A DNA stretch of 28,648 nt from NCBI GenBank assembly GCA_043784585.1, contig JAYVYF010000192.1, forward strand, positions 1 through 28,648, given 5' to 3'. A program made the position numbers and the translations under genes. Positions 1 through 8,598 of the stretch are shown in pieces. The notes beneath the pieces were generated by a model. It was not told the DNA's origin, searched no databases, and saw only the letters and a program-made list of their open reading frames with translations. The stretch is from Burkholderiales bacterium. Lineage in GTDB: Bacteria; Pseudomonadota; Gammaproteobacteria; Burkholderiales; Usitatibacteraceae. Every line of letters begins with the position of its first letter. Position 1 is the first letter of the stretch.

Positions 1-44
1 AGGCAGGGCGTCGTGTTGGCAGATAGTTTGAAGCCCTGATTTTT

Positions 45-872
45 TTATTCTTCTCCGCCGCCCGAAACAATCTCCCGGCTGGCCACCTGAAAAATTGCCC
101 GATCTTCCAGCCTTAAAGCGGTCAATTCACGTCCCCATATGCAGCCTGAATCAAGGCCGATAAAGTGCGGAGTTACGTGCAGCCCCAATGCTGACCAATG
201 GCCTGCGATAACTGTAATTTCATCGCCGCGCGCATGCGGCGCAATAAACCAAGGTTGTAAATCTTCAGGCATGTCCGCAAGTCCACCCTTGAATTTCAAA
301 TTCATTCGGGCCTGCGCCGTGATGGCGCGCATTCGTGTCATCGCATTTAAAATCACACGTAGTCGCGCGTCACCCTCAAGATCGTCGCGCCATTCGTCGG
401 GATTATTGCCGTACATGTTCTGCAAAAAATGCCGGTAGTTTTTGTCGCGCAGTATGTGCGTCACCTCATTGGCCAGCGCCTGTGACTGAGGCCAATCCCA
501 ATGCGGCAGTAAGCCCGCATGCACCATCGCAAATTTGCCTTCGACATGCAGCAATTTTTGCGCGCGCAGCCATTGCAGCAGCGGTTCGCGATCAGGCGCT
601 GCCAAAATTTCGTCGAGTGTATCGAGCGCTTTAGCTTTGGCAATGCCCTCTGCGATGGCGAGTAAATGCAAATCATGATTGCCCAGCACCACCGTAGCGC
701 GGCTACCCAGCCCTTTTACGAAACGCAAACATTCAAGCGAGCCTGCGCCGCGATTGACGAGATCACCGACAAACCATAAACGATCTGAACTCGCATCAAA
801 TTTGATTTGATCGAGCAACGCCTGCAACGTTAAATAGCAGCCCTGCAAATCACCAATGGCATAAATGCTCAT
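45..872 (-). CDS. apaH: symmetrical bis(5'-nucleosyl)-tetraphosphatase (diadenosine tetraphosphatase)
   Basis: 275 aa; metallophosphoesterase motifs YAIGDLQGC, FVGDLVNRG, VLGNHDLHLL, AGHWSALG, LDSGCIWG; strong SD (GAGGAGG) before the ATG at 872. Confidence 0.95.
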   Translation of the reverse strand: MSIYAIGDLQGCYLTLQALLDQIKFDASSDRLWFVGDLVNRGAGSLECLRFVKGLGSRATVVLGNHDLHLLAIAEGIAKAKALDTLDEILAAPDREPLLQWLRAQKLLHVEGKFAMVHAGLLPHWDWPQSQALANEVTHILRDKNYRHFLQNMYGNNPDEWRDDLEGDARLRVILNAMTRMRAITAQARMNLKFKGGLADMPEDLQPWFIAPHARGDEITVIAGHWSALGLHVTPHFIGLDSGCIWGRELTALRLEDRAIFQVASREIVSGGGEE

Positions 873-884
873 GCACCTCCTCGT

Positions 885-915
885 AAAAAAAGGCGGCTGG
901 GTTTCCCTAGCCGCC
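885..915 (-). terminator. rho-independent terminator after the cytochrome c5 gene
   Basis: Minus strand reads GGCGGCTAG-GGAAAC-CCAGCCGCC-TTTTTTT: a 7-bp GC-rich stem followed by 7 U. Confidence 0.7.
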
Positions 916-953
916 CTTGGTGTGCCTGGCGTGTCGCGTGCGCCATTCCGGGG

Positions 954-1562
954 TTATTTAGCTGCTGCCACCATGTAATCCACCGCTGCTTTAACATCTG
1001 CATCGGCCAGCGCGTTGTTGCCGCCCTTGGCCGGCATCGCACCCGCTTTGCCGATATAGCCTTTAATGGCATGCTCATACAAAGTTGGTTTGCCTTGAGC
1101 GATACGTGATGCCCAAGCGACTTTATCACCGAATTTTGGCGAACCCGCAATTCCGGCACCATGGCAAGCCACACATCCGCCCTTGTAGACGCCTTCACCG
1201 CCGCCCGCTGTGGCAGGTGCTGCACCCGCCGGGAGCGCTACAGGGATCAAAGCCGCTACCACGGTAGGCGCGACAGCCGCAGAGGCTGCAGAATTAGCGG
1301 GGGCGACAGCGACTGTCGGGGGTGTAGCAACTGCTTGCGGTACCACCAATAACGTCACGACAGGCGCAATCCGCTTTGCCACCACTTCAGGATTGTTGGC
1401 GAGTTCATTGGATGCGCCAAGTTGATGCGTTCCCACCGCGAATTTAGCTAGAAGAAACACGCCAATAATAAGCGCCAGCACGCCCACTGCGACGAAAATT
1501 GCGGTTTTGATCGGATTGGATTTTGAAGCTTCACTGCTCTGCGAGGGTGTCTGGTAAGACAT
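954..1562 (-). CDS. cytochrome c5-family protein (membrane-anchored, monoheme)
   Basis: N-terminal TM helix, RIAPV motif, Ala/Pro-rich linker, one CxxCH (CVACH), GSPKFGDKVAW, Met ligand in GAMPAKGG. Confidence 0.9.
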   Translation of the reverse strand: MSYQTPSQSSEASKSNPIKTAIFVAVGVLALIIGVFLLAKFAVGTHQLGASNELANNPEVVAKRIAPVVTLLVVPQAVATPPTVAVAPANSAASAAVAPTVVAALIPVALPAGAAPATAGGGEGVYKGGCVACHGAGIAGSPKFGDKVAWASRIAQGKPTLYEHAIKGYIGKAGAMPAKGGNNALADADVKAAVDYMVAAAK

Positions 1563-1889
1563 AAGGTTTCCCGATTGGTCTGGTATGAAAAATGGCTAGT
1601 AATGGATTATACCGACGAAGCCTGAAGACCCTCATACAACATGTCGCAATCTTGTTAAAAACTAATTCGTACTTTCAGACTTAGCGTGCAGCAGAAATTT
1701 TCCACAGTTACGGAGACGCGCTTATTCTGCGAGAATTTTGCATCTTGTCGATAAAATCCTACAGCGTTGAAAATAAACACCCCATTTAATTTTCTGTAGG
1801 AGCCCAGCTACACTATTTTGAACATTAGCCCGTTAGTACAACGGTTTAAGCCAAGTTAAGCTGTAAAAATCCCTACTGTTGACTGGCCT

Positions 1890-2546
1890 ATGAAAAACCA
1901 ACGTATTTCATCACCATTTTTTGTCGCTACTGTTGCGCTTACAGTAGTGCCATGGTTCGTGGCTAGCTCTGCAATTGCCCAACCAACCGAAAGCCAAACG
2001 CGACCTGTGGTGCCGGATCATGTTGTAGCCGAAAGCGGCGGAGCGGCCAACACAATAGCGGAAAGTCTGAGGTTGTATAAAGAAATGCACGCTGTTTTAG
2101 GCCACCCGCGTTGCGTGAACTGCCATCCCAAAGATGACACTCCCAAACAAGGCATGGATTGGCATGTGCATTCCCCGCCCATCGCGCGCGGCCCTCAAAA
2201 CAACGGCCCAGTCGGTCTTCAATGTGGAGCATGTCACGGCGCGGCAAATTATGATGTGGCGCGAGTGCCGGGCGCACCTAACTGGCATTTGGCGCCCTTG
2301 GCCATGGCGTGGGAAGGAAAATCCGCAGGCGAGCTATGTCGCGCGATGATCGACCGTAACAAAAACGGAAATCGTGATTTAGCCGCCACGGTAAAGCATC
2401 TGACTGAAGATAAGTTAGTGGCGTGGGGTTGGGAGCCGGGTGTTGATGTCTATGGAAATCCGCGCGAAGCTGTGCCGATGTTGAAAGAGCAATTTAACCG
2501 TACCGTGATTGCGTGGGCAAAATCGGGCGGCGCATGCCCTGAGTAA
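1890..2546 (+). CDS. exported diheme c-type cytochrome (family often labelled isoquinoline 1-oxidoreductase subunit)
   Basis: Signal-peptide-like N-terminus, two CxxCH (CVNCH, CGACH), VPGAPNWHLAP and C-terminal GACP motifs; SD is weak, so the start is uncertain. Confidence 0.75.
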   Translation: MKNQRISSPFFVATVALTVVPWFVASSAIAQPTESQTRPVVPDHVVAESGGAANTIAESLRLYKEMHAVLGHPRCVNCHPKDDTPKQGMDWHVHSPPIARGPQNNGPVGLQCGACHGAANYDVARVPGAPNWHLAPLAMAWEGKSAGELCRAMIDRNKNGNRDLAATVKHLTEDKLVAWGWEPGVDVYGNPREAVPMLKEQFNRTVIAWAKSGGACPE

Positions 2547-2755
2547 AGCCCCGCAAAAGCGGGCGGCTGAAATGTGGCTAGGTCCAATTGATCTCCGCCA
2601 CCAACCAATCGCGAGGCACCCGCGCTTTAGGGCTCGCTGCATGTTGCGCCACCACAGCGGCATATATGACAATGCCTATTATTTACCCGGGCAATAGCAA
2701 TTAGAATTGGTGTAGGCAATTTGTCTCAGCGCTCTTACACACCACCAAGTGAACC

Positions 2756-3000
2756 ATGCCTATGGAACGCGGCACCAAAGCATCCGCCCGCCGCCCGCCG
2801 CCCGCCACGCGCCGCGTGGCCGAGCGCTACATGATCTGGCCGGCACAGGTGCCGTCTTACAAAATCAGCAAGCTGAAAATTAACCCATTGCGCGAACGCG
2901 CGAAAAAATGCATTGAGACGAAATTCGATTTCCGCGCGTTCCATGACCAAATTTTGGGCAGCGGGCGGCTGTCCCTCAGCATGTTGGCAGCCCCGTGGAT
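2756..3000 (+). pseudogene. C-terminal remnant of a DUF885-family protein
   Basis: Translation ERYMIWPAQVPSYKISKLKINPLRERAKK..KFDFRAFHDQILGSGRLSLSML follows the DUF885 C-terminal pattern (ERY..WPGQA.aYKiG.lkI..LR.rA......FD.r.FHD..L..G.lPL) with many substitutions; the N-terminal several hundred aa are absent; boundaries approximate. Confidence 0.7.
2784..2804. repeat. three perfect tandem copies of the 7-mer CCGCCCG
   Basis: ccgcccg at 2784-2790, 2791-2797 and 2798-2804. Confidence 0.9.
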
Positions 3001-3060
3001 GCTTGGGCTTGGGCAGTCGATAATTTACAGGCTGAAACTCTCGGGTAATGTGTGGTGCTC

Positions 3061-3255
3061 TCACGCCTTCCTTTTTGGGGTAGTTTTTGCAGCCGGCTTT
3101 GTTTTCGATTTGGCCGTCCGTTTTGTTTTCGATTCGGCAGTGGCTTTCTTGTCAGACGGCGGCACGTAATCGCCGATCAAACTTTTTACCGGACAGATTT
3201 TAAAAATCGGGCATTTAATGCAGCCGGATACGATGGCGATCGGGCAGATGGTCAT
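3061..3255 (-). CDS. small Cys-rich hypothetical protein with a Lys-rich tail (64 aa)
   Basis: SD-like AAGGAAA upstream of the ATG at 3255; C-x7-C-x2-C-x5-C motif, then a K/T/A-rich basic C-terminus. Confidence 0.75.
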   Translation of the reverse strand: MTICPIAIVSGCIKCPIFKICPVKSLIGDYVPPSDKKATAESKTKRTAKSKTKPAAKTTPKRKA

Positions 3256-3355
3256 GGTTCTTTCCTTGTTTTGAAATGGCTAGTTTGAACGAGCTTTAGA
3301 TTACTCGGATTCTTTGAGGGCGTCATGAAATAGCGCGTTCAATTTTAATAGCGGC

Positions 3356-4084
3356 TCACGCTTTACACTTGGTTGTGAATTCATCCTCCAGGCGATTCAA
3401 CTCACCTATAATAAAAGCATTGATAATCGGTACGGGCTGTGATGGTCCCGTTTCGAGCGCATTTTGCTTCTTCGCGAGAAGCTCTCGAACAGCGGCTAGT
3501 AACAATGGCTGCCCATCAATCAAATGCAATAGTTTTTCAAATTCTATCGGCGCTGCACAACCGTAACTTTCTATCCACCGTACGGATAAAAGCGGACGCA
3601 GCACGTAAAAATATTTCTTGAGCGGCACAGCATCAGCGCGCAAATAGCCGCGATAGCTTGTTTTGGCCATGCTGCGGTAGTGATACATCCCGCTTTCCAA
3701 TAAATAAACATCGGGCATTAGACTGCGTGCTTGCTCCGCAAAACTGCCCGTTTCAACGTACTTGATCGGCGACTGAATCCACTCAACGAATTCGGGATTC
3801 GATTTCCAAAACAATCGCAGCGCTTTTCGAATATCCCAACCATTCAAGTCAATGTCGTCAGTAATGGCATATTCGGTAACATCGCGACGCGCTTCCAGAT
3901 CGACGGCAAGATACCAATCAGGATGACGTGCATAAATGAAGCGAACATCAAAGTCACTATCGGGCGAAGCAGACCCCTATGCGCGACTGCCGGATTGAAT
4001 CGCGAGCAAGATGCAAACGTCTTCTTCGCGCTCGGTACGGGCAAGTCGACGCATTATTTCTTTGCGAATATTGGCCGGAACCAT
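3356..4084 (-). pseudogene. predicted nucleotidyltransferase (Pol-beta superfamily, YcgL/RlaP-like) interrupted by an in-frame TAG
   Basis: Manual translation from ATG 4084: MVPANIRKEIMRRL..ILLAIQSGSRA*GSASPDSDFDVRFIY..RRDVTEY..DLNGWDIRKALRLF; TAG at 3977-3979 (codon 36) sits where the family motif ESGSRAWG has Trp; the frame continues into ORF 3356..3847. Confidence 0.8.
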
Positions 4085-4191
4085 AGCGAAATTCTGTGCC
4101 CGCAGATTTCTGATGAGGTGGCCTAGGTCGAATGCTTTTCATCATATCGCGCCTATGTAATAAGCGGGTTCAAACAAGGTCTGGATAAGTG

Positions 4192-4632
4192 TCATTGCAA
4201 AGTTGACGGCACGACTTTGGTCCCCTCCAGCAAGTCAATTCGATGTTTTGTCGCGTCAACTTCAGCTACTAATGAGCTTATTAGCCAAGGTCCTGTTGTC
4301 CGTTGCGCCTTCAACGTGATGGTTCCGCTGCCTTGCGGCCCCGAAACAGGAATGGTGATTTCAGCGCTACCGGAAGTGCTCGTATATTTGAAAATTCCGC
4401 CAGCAAAAAATCCTTCTTTTAATGGTTGCCCCAGCGATTCGGAGACTGCGGCATTAAGTTTTGCGGTTGCTACTGCTTGGTGATAAAGCTCGCCAGATTT
4501 AAGTGATTGCAAGGCAACTGACATGGCGACAGCGACTAACGCTCCAATGACGGCCGTGGCAAGCAAGCAGAAGACTGCGACGAACTATTTCCAGGTTCTA
4601 CTCAACCAACCTGCGATTATGGCCTGATCCAT
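4192..4632 (-). pseudogene. cytochrome c oxidase assembly factor Coa1-family-like membrane protein interrupted by an in-frame TAG
   Basis: GAGG SD and ATG at 4632: MDQAIIAGWLSRTWK*FVAVFCLLATAV; TAG at 4585-4587 (codon 16) where homologues are recalled to read WKWF; downstream LGQPL..G, IPVSGPQGSGTI and W..SL match the family pattern. Confidence 0.65.
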
Positions 4633-4706
4633 TTAGTGCCTCAATCGATAGTTTACGAAGGGTAATCGTTTGATTCCTAGTAACTGCTTTAGCTTAGAGA
4701 AGGCCG

Positions 4707-4748
4707 TGCCGAGCCTCCCTATAAAATGCTCTCCCGCGAGGCTCGGCA
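4707..4748. terminator. 11-bp perfect inverted repeat downstream of tkt (possible terminator or stabilising hairpin)
   Basis: TGCCGAGCCTC (4707-4717) / GAGGCTCGGCA (4738-4748), 20-nt loop, no U-tract. Confidence 0.4.
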
Positions 4749-4773
4749 ATAAGCGCGTCGCTGGCTTGTAGAA

Positions 4774-6771
4774 TTAGGTGTTGATAGCTTTCACTGCCTT
4801 CACCAAAGCTTCCGCCGTGATTCCAAAATATTTATACAAAACTGGCGCAGGTGCCGATTCGCCAAATGTGTCAATCCCGATCACAACGCCATCCAGCCCC
4901 ACGTATTTACGCCAGTAATCAGTCACGCCGGCCTCAATCGCTAAGCGGGGCGGGGACGTTGGCAGGATGCTTACTTTGTAGGCGCTGTCTTGCTTATCGA
5001 AAATAAAGGTGGATGGCATGGAGACGACGCGTACATGAATGCCTTCTGCTGCTAACGTTTTTTGCGCTTCCATCGCCAATGAAACTTCAGTGCCGGTTGC
5101 GATGATCACGGCTTTAAGTTCCCCCGCTTCCTTCGACAATACATAGCCGCCCTTCGAGATATTCACCATCGTCGCAGCGTCACGTTTTTGGAATGGGCTA
5201 TTTTGGCGGGAGTAGATTAGGCAAGTCGGGCCGTCGTCGCGTTGGATCGCGTGTTGCCATGCAGCGGCGGCCTCAATCGTATCGCAGGGACGCCAGACAT
5301 CCATATTGGGAATCAAACGCAGGGATGCCACATGCTCGACCGATTGGTGTGTCGGGCCGTCTTCGCCGAGGCCGATGGAGTCGTGCGTAAAGACGCAAAT
5401 ATTGCGCAGCTTCATGAGCGCGGCCATGCGCAGCGCGTTGCGTGAATAATCACTAAAGGTTAAAAATGTGCCGTGGTAGGGAATGAAACCGCCATGTAAT
5501 GCGATACCGCTGGCAATCGCGGCCATTCCGAATTCACGCACGCCGTAGTTAATGTAGTTGCCGCCGGTGGTGGCGGATAACGCTTTGCTGCCGCTCCAAT
5601 TGGTGAATACTGAGCTGGTTAAATCGGCCGAGCCGCCCAGCAATTCCGGCATTTGCTGCGCGAACGCTTCGATGGCGAATTGTGAGGCTTTGCGGGTGGC
5701 GACGGTCTCGGCTTTCTCCATAGACTTATCAAGTAACGCTTTTGCAGTTGCGGCGAAATTGGCTGGTAAATCACCAGCCATGCGGCGTTTGAATTCAGCG
5801 GCTAATTCTGGATGCGCGGCTTGGTAGGCCGCGAACGTCGCATTCCATCGCGCCTCTACCGCCTGGCCTTTATTTTTGGCATCCCAAGCGTCGTAGATAT
5901 TTTGCGGAATTTCAAACGGGGCATAGTTCCATCCGATAGCCGCACGAGTGGCGGCGATTTCCTTTTCGCCCAGCGGCGAGCCATGTACTTTATCAGTGCC
6001 GCCCATGTTGGGCGAGCCTTTGCCAATCACGGTTTTGCAGCAAATGAGTGTGGGTTTATCGGTAACTTCTTTAGCCGCCATTACTGCCGCATCGACGGCT
6101 GCCGAATCATTGCCCGCCACATGCGGAATGACGTGCCAGCCGTAGGCTTCGAAGCGCATCGGCGTGTTGTCTTTAAACCAGCCTTCTACCTTGCCGTCAA
6201 TCGAAATACCGTTGTCGTCATAAAACGCAATCAGCTTGCCCAAGCCCAGGGTGCCTGCGAGCGAACCCACTTCGTGGGAAATACCTTCCATTAGGCAGCC
6301 GTCGCCGATGAAAACATAAGTGTGGTGATCGACGATATTGTGACCCTCACGATTAAACGTGCGCGCCATTTCGCGTTCTGCGATTGCCATGCCGACCGCG
6401 TTTGCCAAACCCTGCCCCAGCGGACCGGTGGTGGTTTCCACGCCAGGCGTGATGCCGACTTCTGGATGGCCGGGCGTTTTTGAATGGAGCTGTCGGAACG
6501 CTTTGATATCGTCCATCGACAAATCGTAACCGGTGAGATGGAGCAAAGCATAAATCAGCATTGATGCGTGACCATTTGACAACACAAAACGATCGCGATC
6601 CGCCCAGCGTGGGTTAGTCGGGTTGTGTTTCAGATGATGTCGCCACAGCACCTCCGCCATTTCGGCCATGCCCATTGGCGCACCGGGGTGGCCAGAATTG
6701 GCTTTTTGTACGGCATCCATCGCAAGGGCGCGAATGGCGTTGGTGATTTCAGAGCGGGTGGCTTGGGTCAT
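4774..6771 (-). CDS. tkt: transketolase
   Basis: [43 protein letters not shown] (ThDP motif), [15 protein letters not shown]; start moved to ATG 6771 (MTQATRSE) on homology grounds. Confidence 0.97.
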   Translation of the reverse strand: MTQATRSEITNAIRALAMDAVQKANSGHPGAPMGMAEMAEVLWRHHLKHNPTNPRWADRDRFVLSNGHASMLIYALLHLTGYDLSMDDIKAFRQLHSKTPGHPEVGITPGVETTTGPLGQGLANAVGMAIAEREMARTFNREGHNIVDHHTYVFIGDGCLMEGISHEVGSLAGTLGLGKLIAFYDDNGISIDGKVEGWFKDNTPMRFEAYGWHVIPHVAGNDSAAVDAAVMAAKEVTDKPTLICCKTVIGKGSPNMGGTDKVHGSPLGEKEIAATRAAIGWNYAPFEIPQNIYDAWDAKNKGQAVEARWNATFAAYQAAHPELAAEFKRRMAGDLPANFAATAKALLDKSMEKAETVATRKASQFAIEAFAQQMPELLGGSADLTSSVFTNWSGSKALSATTGGNYINYGVREFGMAAIASGIALHGGFIPYHGTFLTFSDYSRNALRMAALMKLRNICVFTHDSIGLGEDGPTHQSVEHVASLRLIPNMDVWRPCDTIEAAAAWQHAIQRDDGPTCLIYSRQNSPFQKRDAATMVNISKGGYVLSKEAGELKAVIIATGTEVSLAMEAQKTLAAEGIHVRVVSMPSTFIFDKQDSAYKVSILPTSPPRLAIEAGVTDYWRKYVGLDGVVIGIDTFGESAPAPVLYKYFGITAEALVKAVKAINT

Positions 6772-6856
6772 GGTCGGCGTCGGTAGGATTGAATGAGTGA
6801 AGCGACAGCTCTTTGAGAAAGCACCTGTCACGTTGCGGTAGGATCAGCACCTAATG

Positions 6857-6864
6857 ATTATAAT
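6857..6864. promoter_or_regulatory. palindromic ATTATAAT giving a TATAAT -10 hexamer on both strands between divergent tkt and speD
   Basis: Perfect -10 hexamer on each strand; no convincing -35 at 17 bp on either side. Confidence 0.3.
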
Positions 6865-6913
6865 TTGAACTGCGCCGCATACTTGCATCCGGCCCTTATT
6901 TAGAGGACACCTT

Positions 6914-7327
6914 ATGCAGGGCCTTCATATTATTGCTGATCTTTATAACTGTCCGCCTTTTACGCTGCTGACGTCAGCAGCCGCGCTGCGGGAAGCGTGT
7001 CTGCGCGCGTCCACGGCGGCGGGCTTGTCGGTCTTGGGAGAGCATTTTTATCAATTCGAAAGTTTTGATCAGGCGCAGGCAGCCGGTGTGACGGGAGCGG
7101 TAGTGTTGGCTGAATCGCATTTGGCCATACACACCTGGCCAGAACGGGATCAGGCCACACTCGACATTTATGTATGCAATGTGTCGGCAGACAATCGCGA
7201 CAAAGCGGAGGCGCTTTATACGACGCTGCTCGATGTCTTGAATCCTCGTGATGTACTCGTGCAGCGGGTGTGGCGCGGCAAGGATTTGCCGAATACCGTG
7301 GCCGAATCAGCTCCGCTTGCCGCATGA
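6914..7327 (+). CDS. speD: S-adenosylmethionine decarboxylase proenzyme (prokaryotic class 1b)
   Basis: GLHIIADLYNC, GVTGAVVLAE|SHLAIHTWPE self-cleavage/pyruvoyl site, TLDIYVC; SD GAGG. Confidence 0.9.
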   Translation: MQGLHIIADLYNCPPFTLLTSAAALREACLRASTAAGLSVLGEHFYQFESFDQAQAAGVTGAVVLAESHLAIHTWPERDQATLDIYVCNVSADNRDKAEALYTTLLDVLNPRDVLVQRVWRGKDLPNTVAESAPLAA

Positions 7328-8181
7328 CGGATTTGACGATGCGCCTCAATGAATACGTCACGAATCACTCTGGCGCTTACTTCAACGCAAGCCGTTTGAT
7401 TGAAAACCGCATCTCCGCATTTCAAACTATTGAGGTATTTGAAACCTCTGATCTCGGCAAGCTCATGCGTATCGACGGCTGCAATATGGTCAGTGAGCGA
7501 GATGAGTTTTTCTACCATGAAAATCTGATTCACCCGGTGGCAACCGCACATCCAAATCCGCAGAAGGCGTTAATTATTGGCGGTGGTGACGGCGGCGCGG
7601 CAGAAGAAATGTTGAAGCACCCGTCGATCGCAAAAGTCACGTTATGTGAGATGGATGCTGACGTGGTTGAGATGTCGATGCGGCATTTTTTTAGTGTGCA
7701 CGGCGGCGTTTTTGATAATCCTAGGTTATCGCTGGTGATCGGCGACGGTATCAAATTCATCCGCGACGCATGCGAGCAATTCGATCTCATTACGCTCGAT
7801 CTCACTGACCCGGTGGGCGAAGCCAAACCATTGTATTCACAAACGTTTTTTGCGGCCTGTAAAGCAAGACTCGCGACCGGTGGCGCGCTCACCATTCATA
7901 TCGGATCACCATTTGCGCACCCGGTCCGCGTGAGCCAAAGTGTCGCTAATTTGCGTGCCCAATTTCGTATCGTGAATGTCTGGTTTGTCCACATTCCCAT
8001 GTACGGCGCAACTTGGGGCTTCGCGAGCGGATCAGATGCGCTTGACCTTCGCAAGGTCAGCACTGCTGAAATCGACAAACGATTAACAGACCGCCACATC
8101 GGTGCACGACAGTTTTATAACGGGGAAACCCATCACGCCATGCAGGTGCTGCCTGAATATGTCCGCGCGCTGTTCAGGTAA
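7324..8181 (+). CDS. speE: polyamine aminopropyltransferase (spermidine synthase family)
   Basis: ERDEFFYHE, ALIIGGGDGG, CEMDADVV, DLTDP; start set at ATG 7324, which overlaps the speD stop (ATGA). Confidence 0.88.
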   Translation: MTDLTMRLNEYVTNHSGAYFNASRLIENRISAFQTIEVFETSDLGKLMRIDGCNMVSERDEFFYHENLIHPVATAHPNPQKALIIGGGDGGAAEEMLKHPSIAKVTLCEMDADVVEMSMRHFFSVHGGVFDNPRLSLVIGDGIKFIRDACEQFDLITLDLTDPVGEAKPLYSQTFFAACKARLATGGALTIHIGSPFAHPVRVSQSVANLRAQFRIVNVWFVHIPMYGATWGFASGSDALDLRKVSTAEIDKRLTDRHIGARQFYNGETHHAMQVLPEYVRALFR

Positions 8182-8219
8182 TATCGGTGTTATTTGCTAA
8201 AATTCATCGAGGATATTCG

Positions 8220-8564
8220 ATGCTTAAAAAAATTCGTAAATCGAGTTCGCATATTTCACTGGCTTTGATTGGTGCCGCCGCATTGGGCGTAACGCTGGCA
8301 GGCTGCTCGAAACAAGAAACGCGGCGCGATGTTTATGCCAGCAAGCAGGATTGTTTAGCCGACTGGGGACAAACGCCGCAAGATTGCGAACCCGCCTATG
8401 ATCGTCCCACCGGCAACGGCGCAATTACACATTATTATGGCCGCTCCTACCCCTATTTTGGTGGGTCTGGAATATCGTCGCCCTCACGCTCAGGCAAAAC
8501 CATTGGCTCATCCAGCGTTAGCCGCGGTGGGTTCGGTTCCAGCGGGCATTCCTCGTCGGGATGA
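8220..8564 (+). CDS. small lipoprotein, minimal YgiB/DUF1190-like
   Basis: Basic N-terminus, hydrophobic core and lipobox LAG-C29; YASKQDC..WG...DC motif; Ser/Gly tail with SRGGFG; SD GAGG before ATG 8220. Confidence 0.75.
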   Translation: MLKKIRKSSSHISLALIGAAALGVTLAGCSKQETRRDVYASKQDCLADWGQTPQDCEPAYDRPTGNGAITHYYGRSYPYFGGSGISSPSRSGKTIGSSSVSRGGFGSSGHSSSG

Positions 8565-8598
8565 GCACTCATTCTGAAGAACAAAACAAAGAACAAAA

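Noticed and set aside
1698-1706. TTTTCCACA matches the DnaA-box consensus in the 327-nt intergenic region
   Set aside because: Single box with no cluster or clear unwinding element; compatible with chance
1563-1889. Possible tRNA or sRNA upstream of cytochrome c5
   Set aside because: No cloverleaf, T-loop (GTTCGA) or convincing stem found by eye
2547-2569. CCCGC-AAAA-GCGGG hairpin after the diheme cytochrome
   Set aside because: Short stem and no U-tract; too weak to call a terminator
3977-4587. Genome-wide TAG recoding as the explanation for the two in-frame stops
   Set aside because: TAG ends intact genes in this window and other Trp codons are TGG; no long core gene contains an internal TAG
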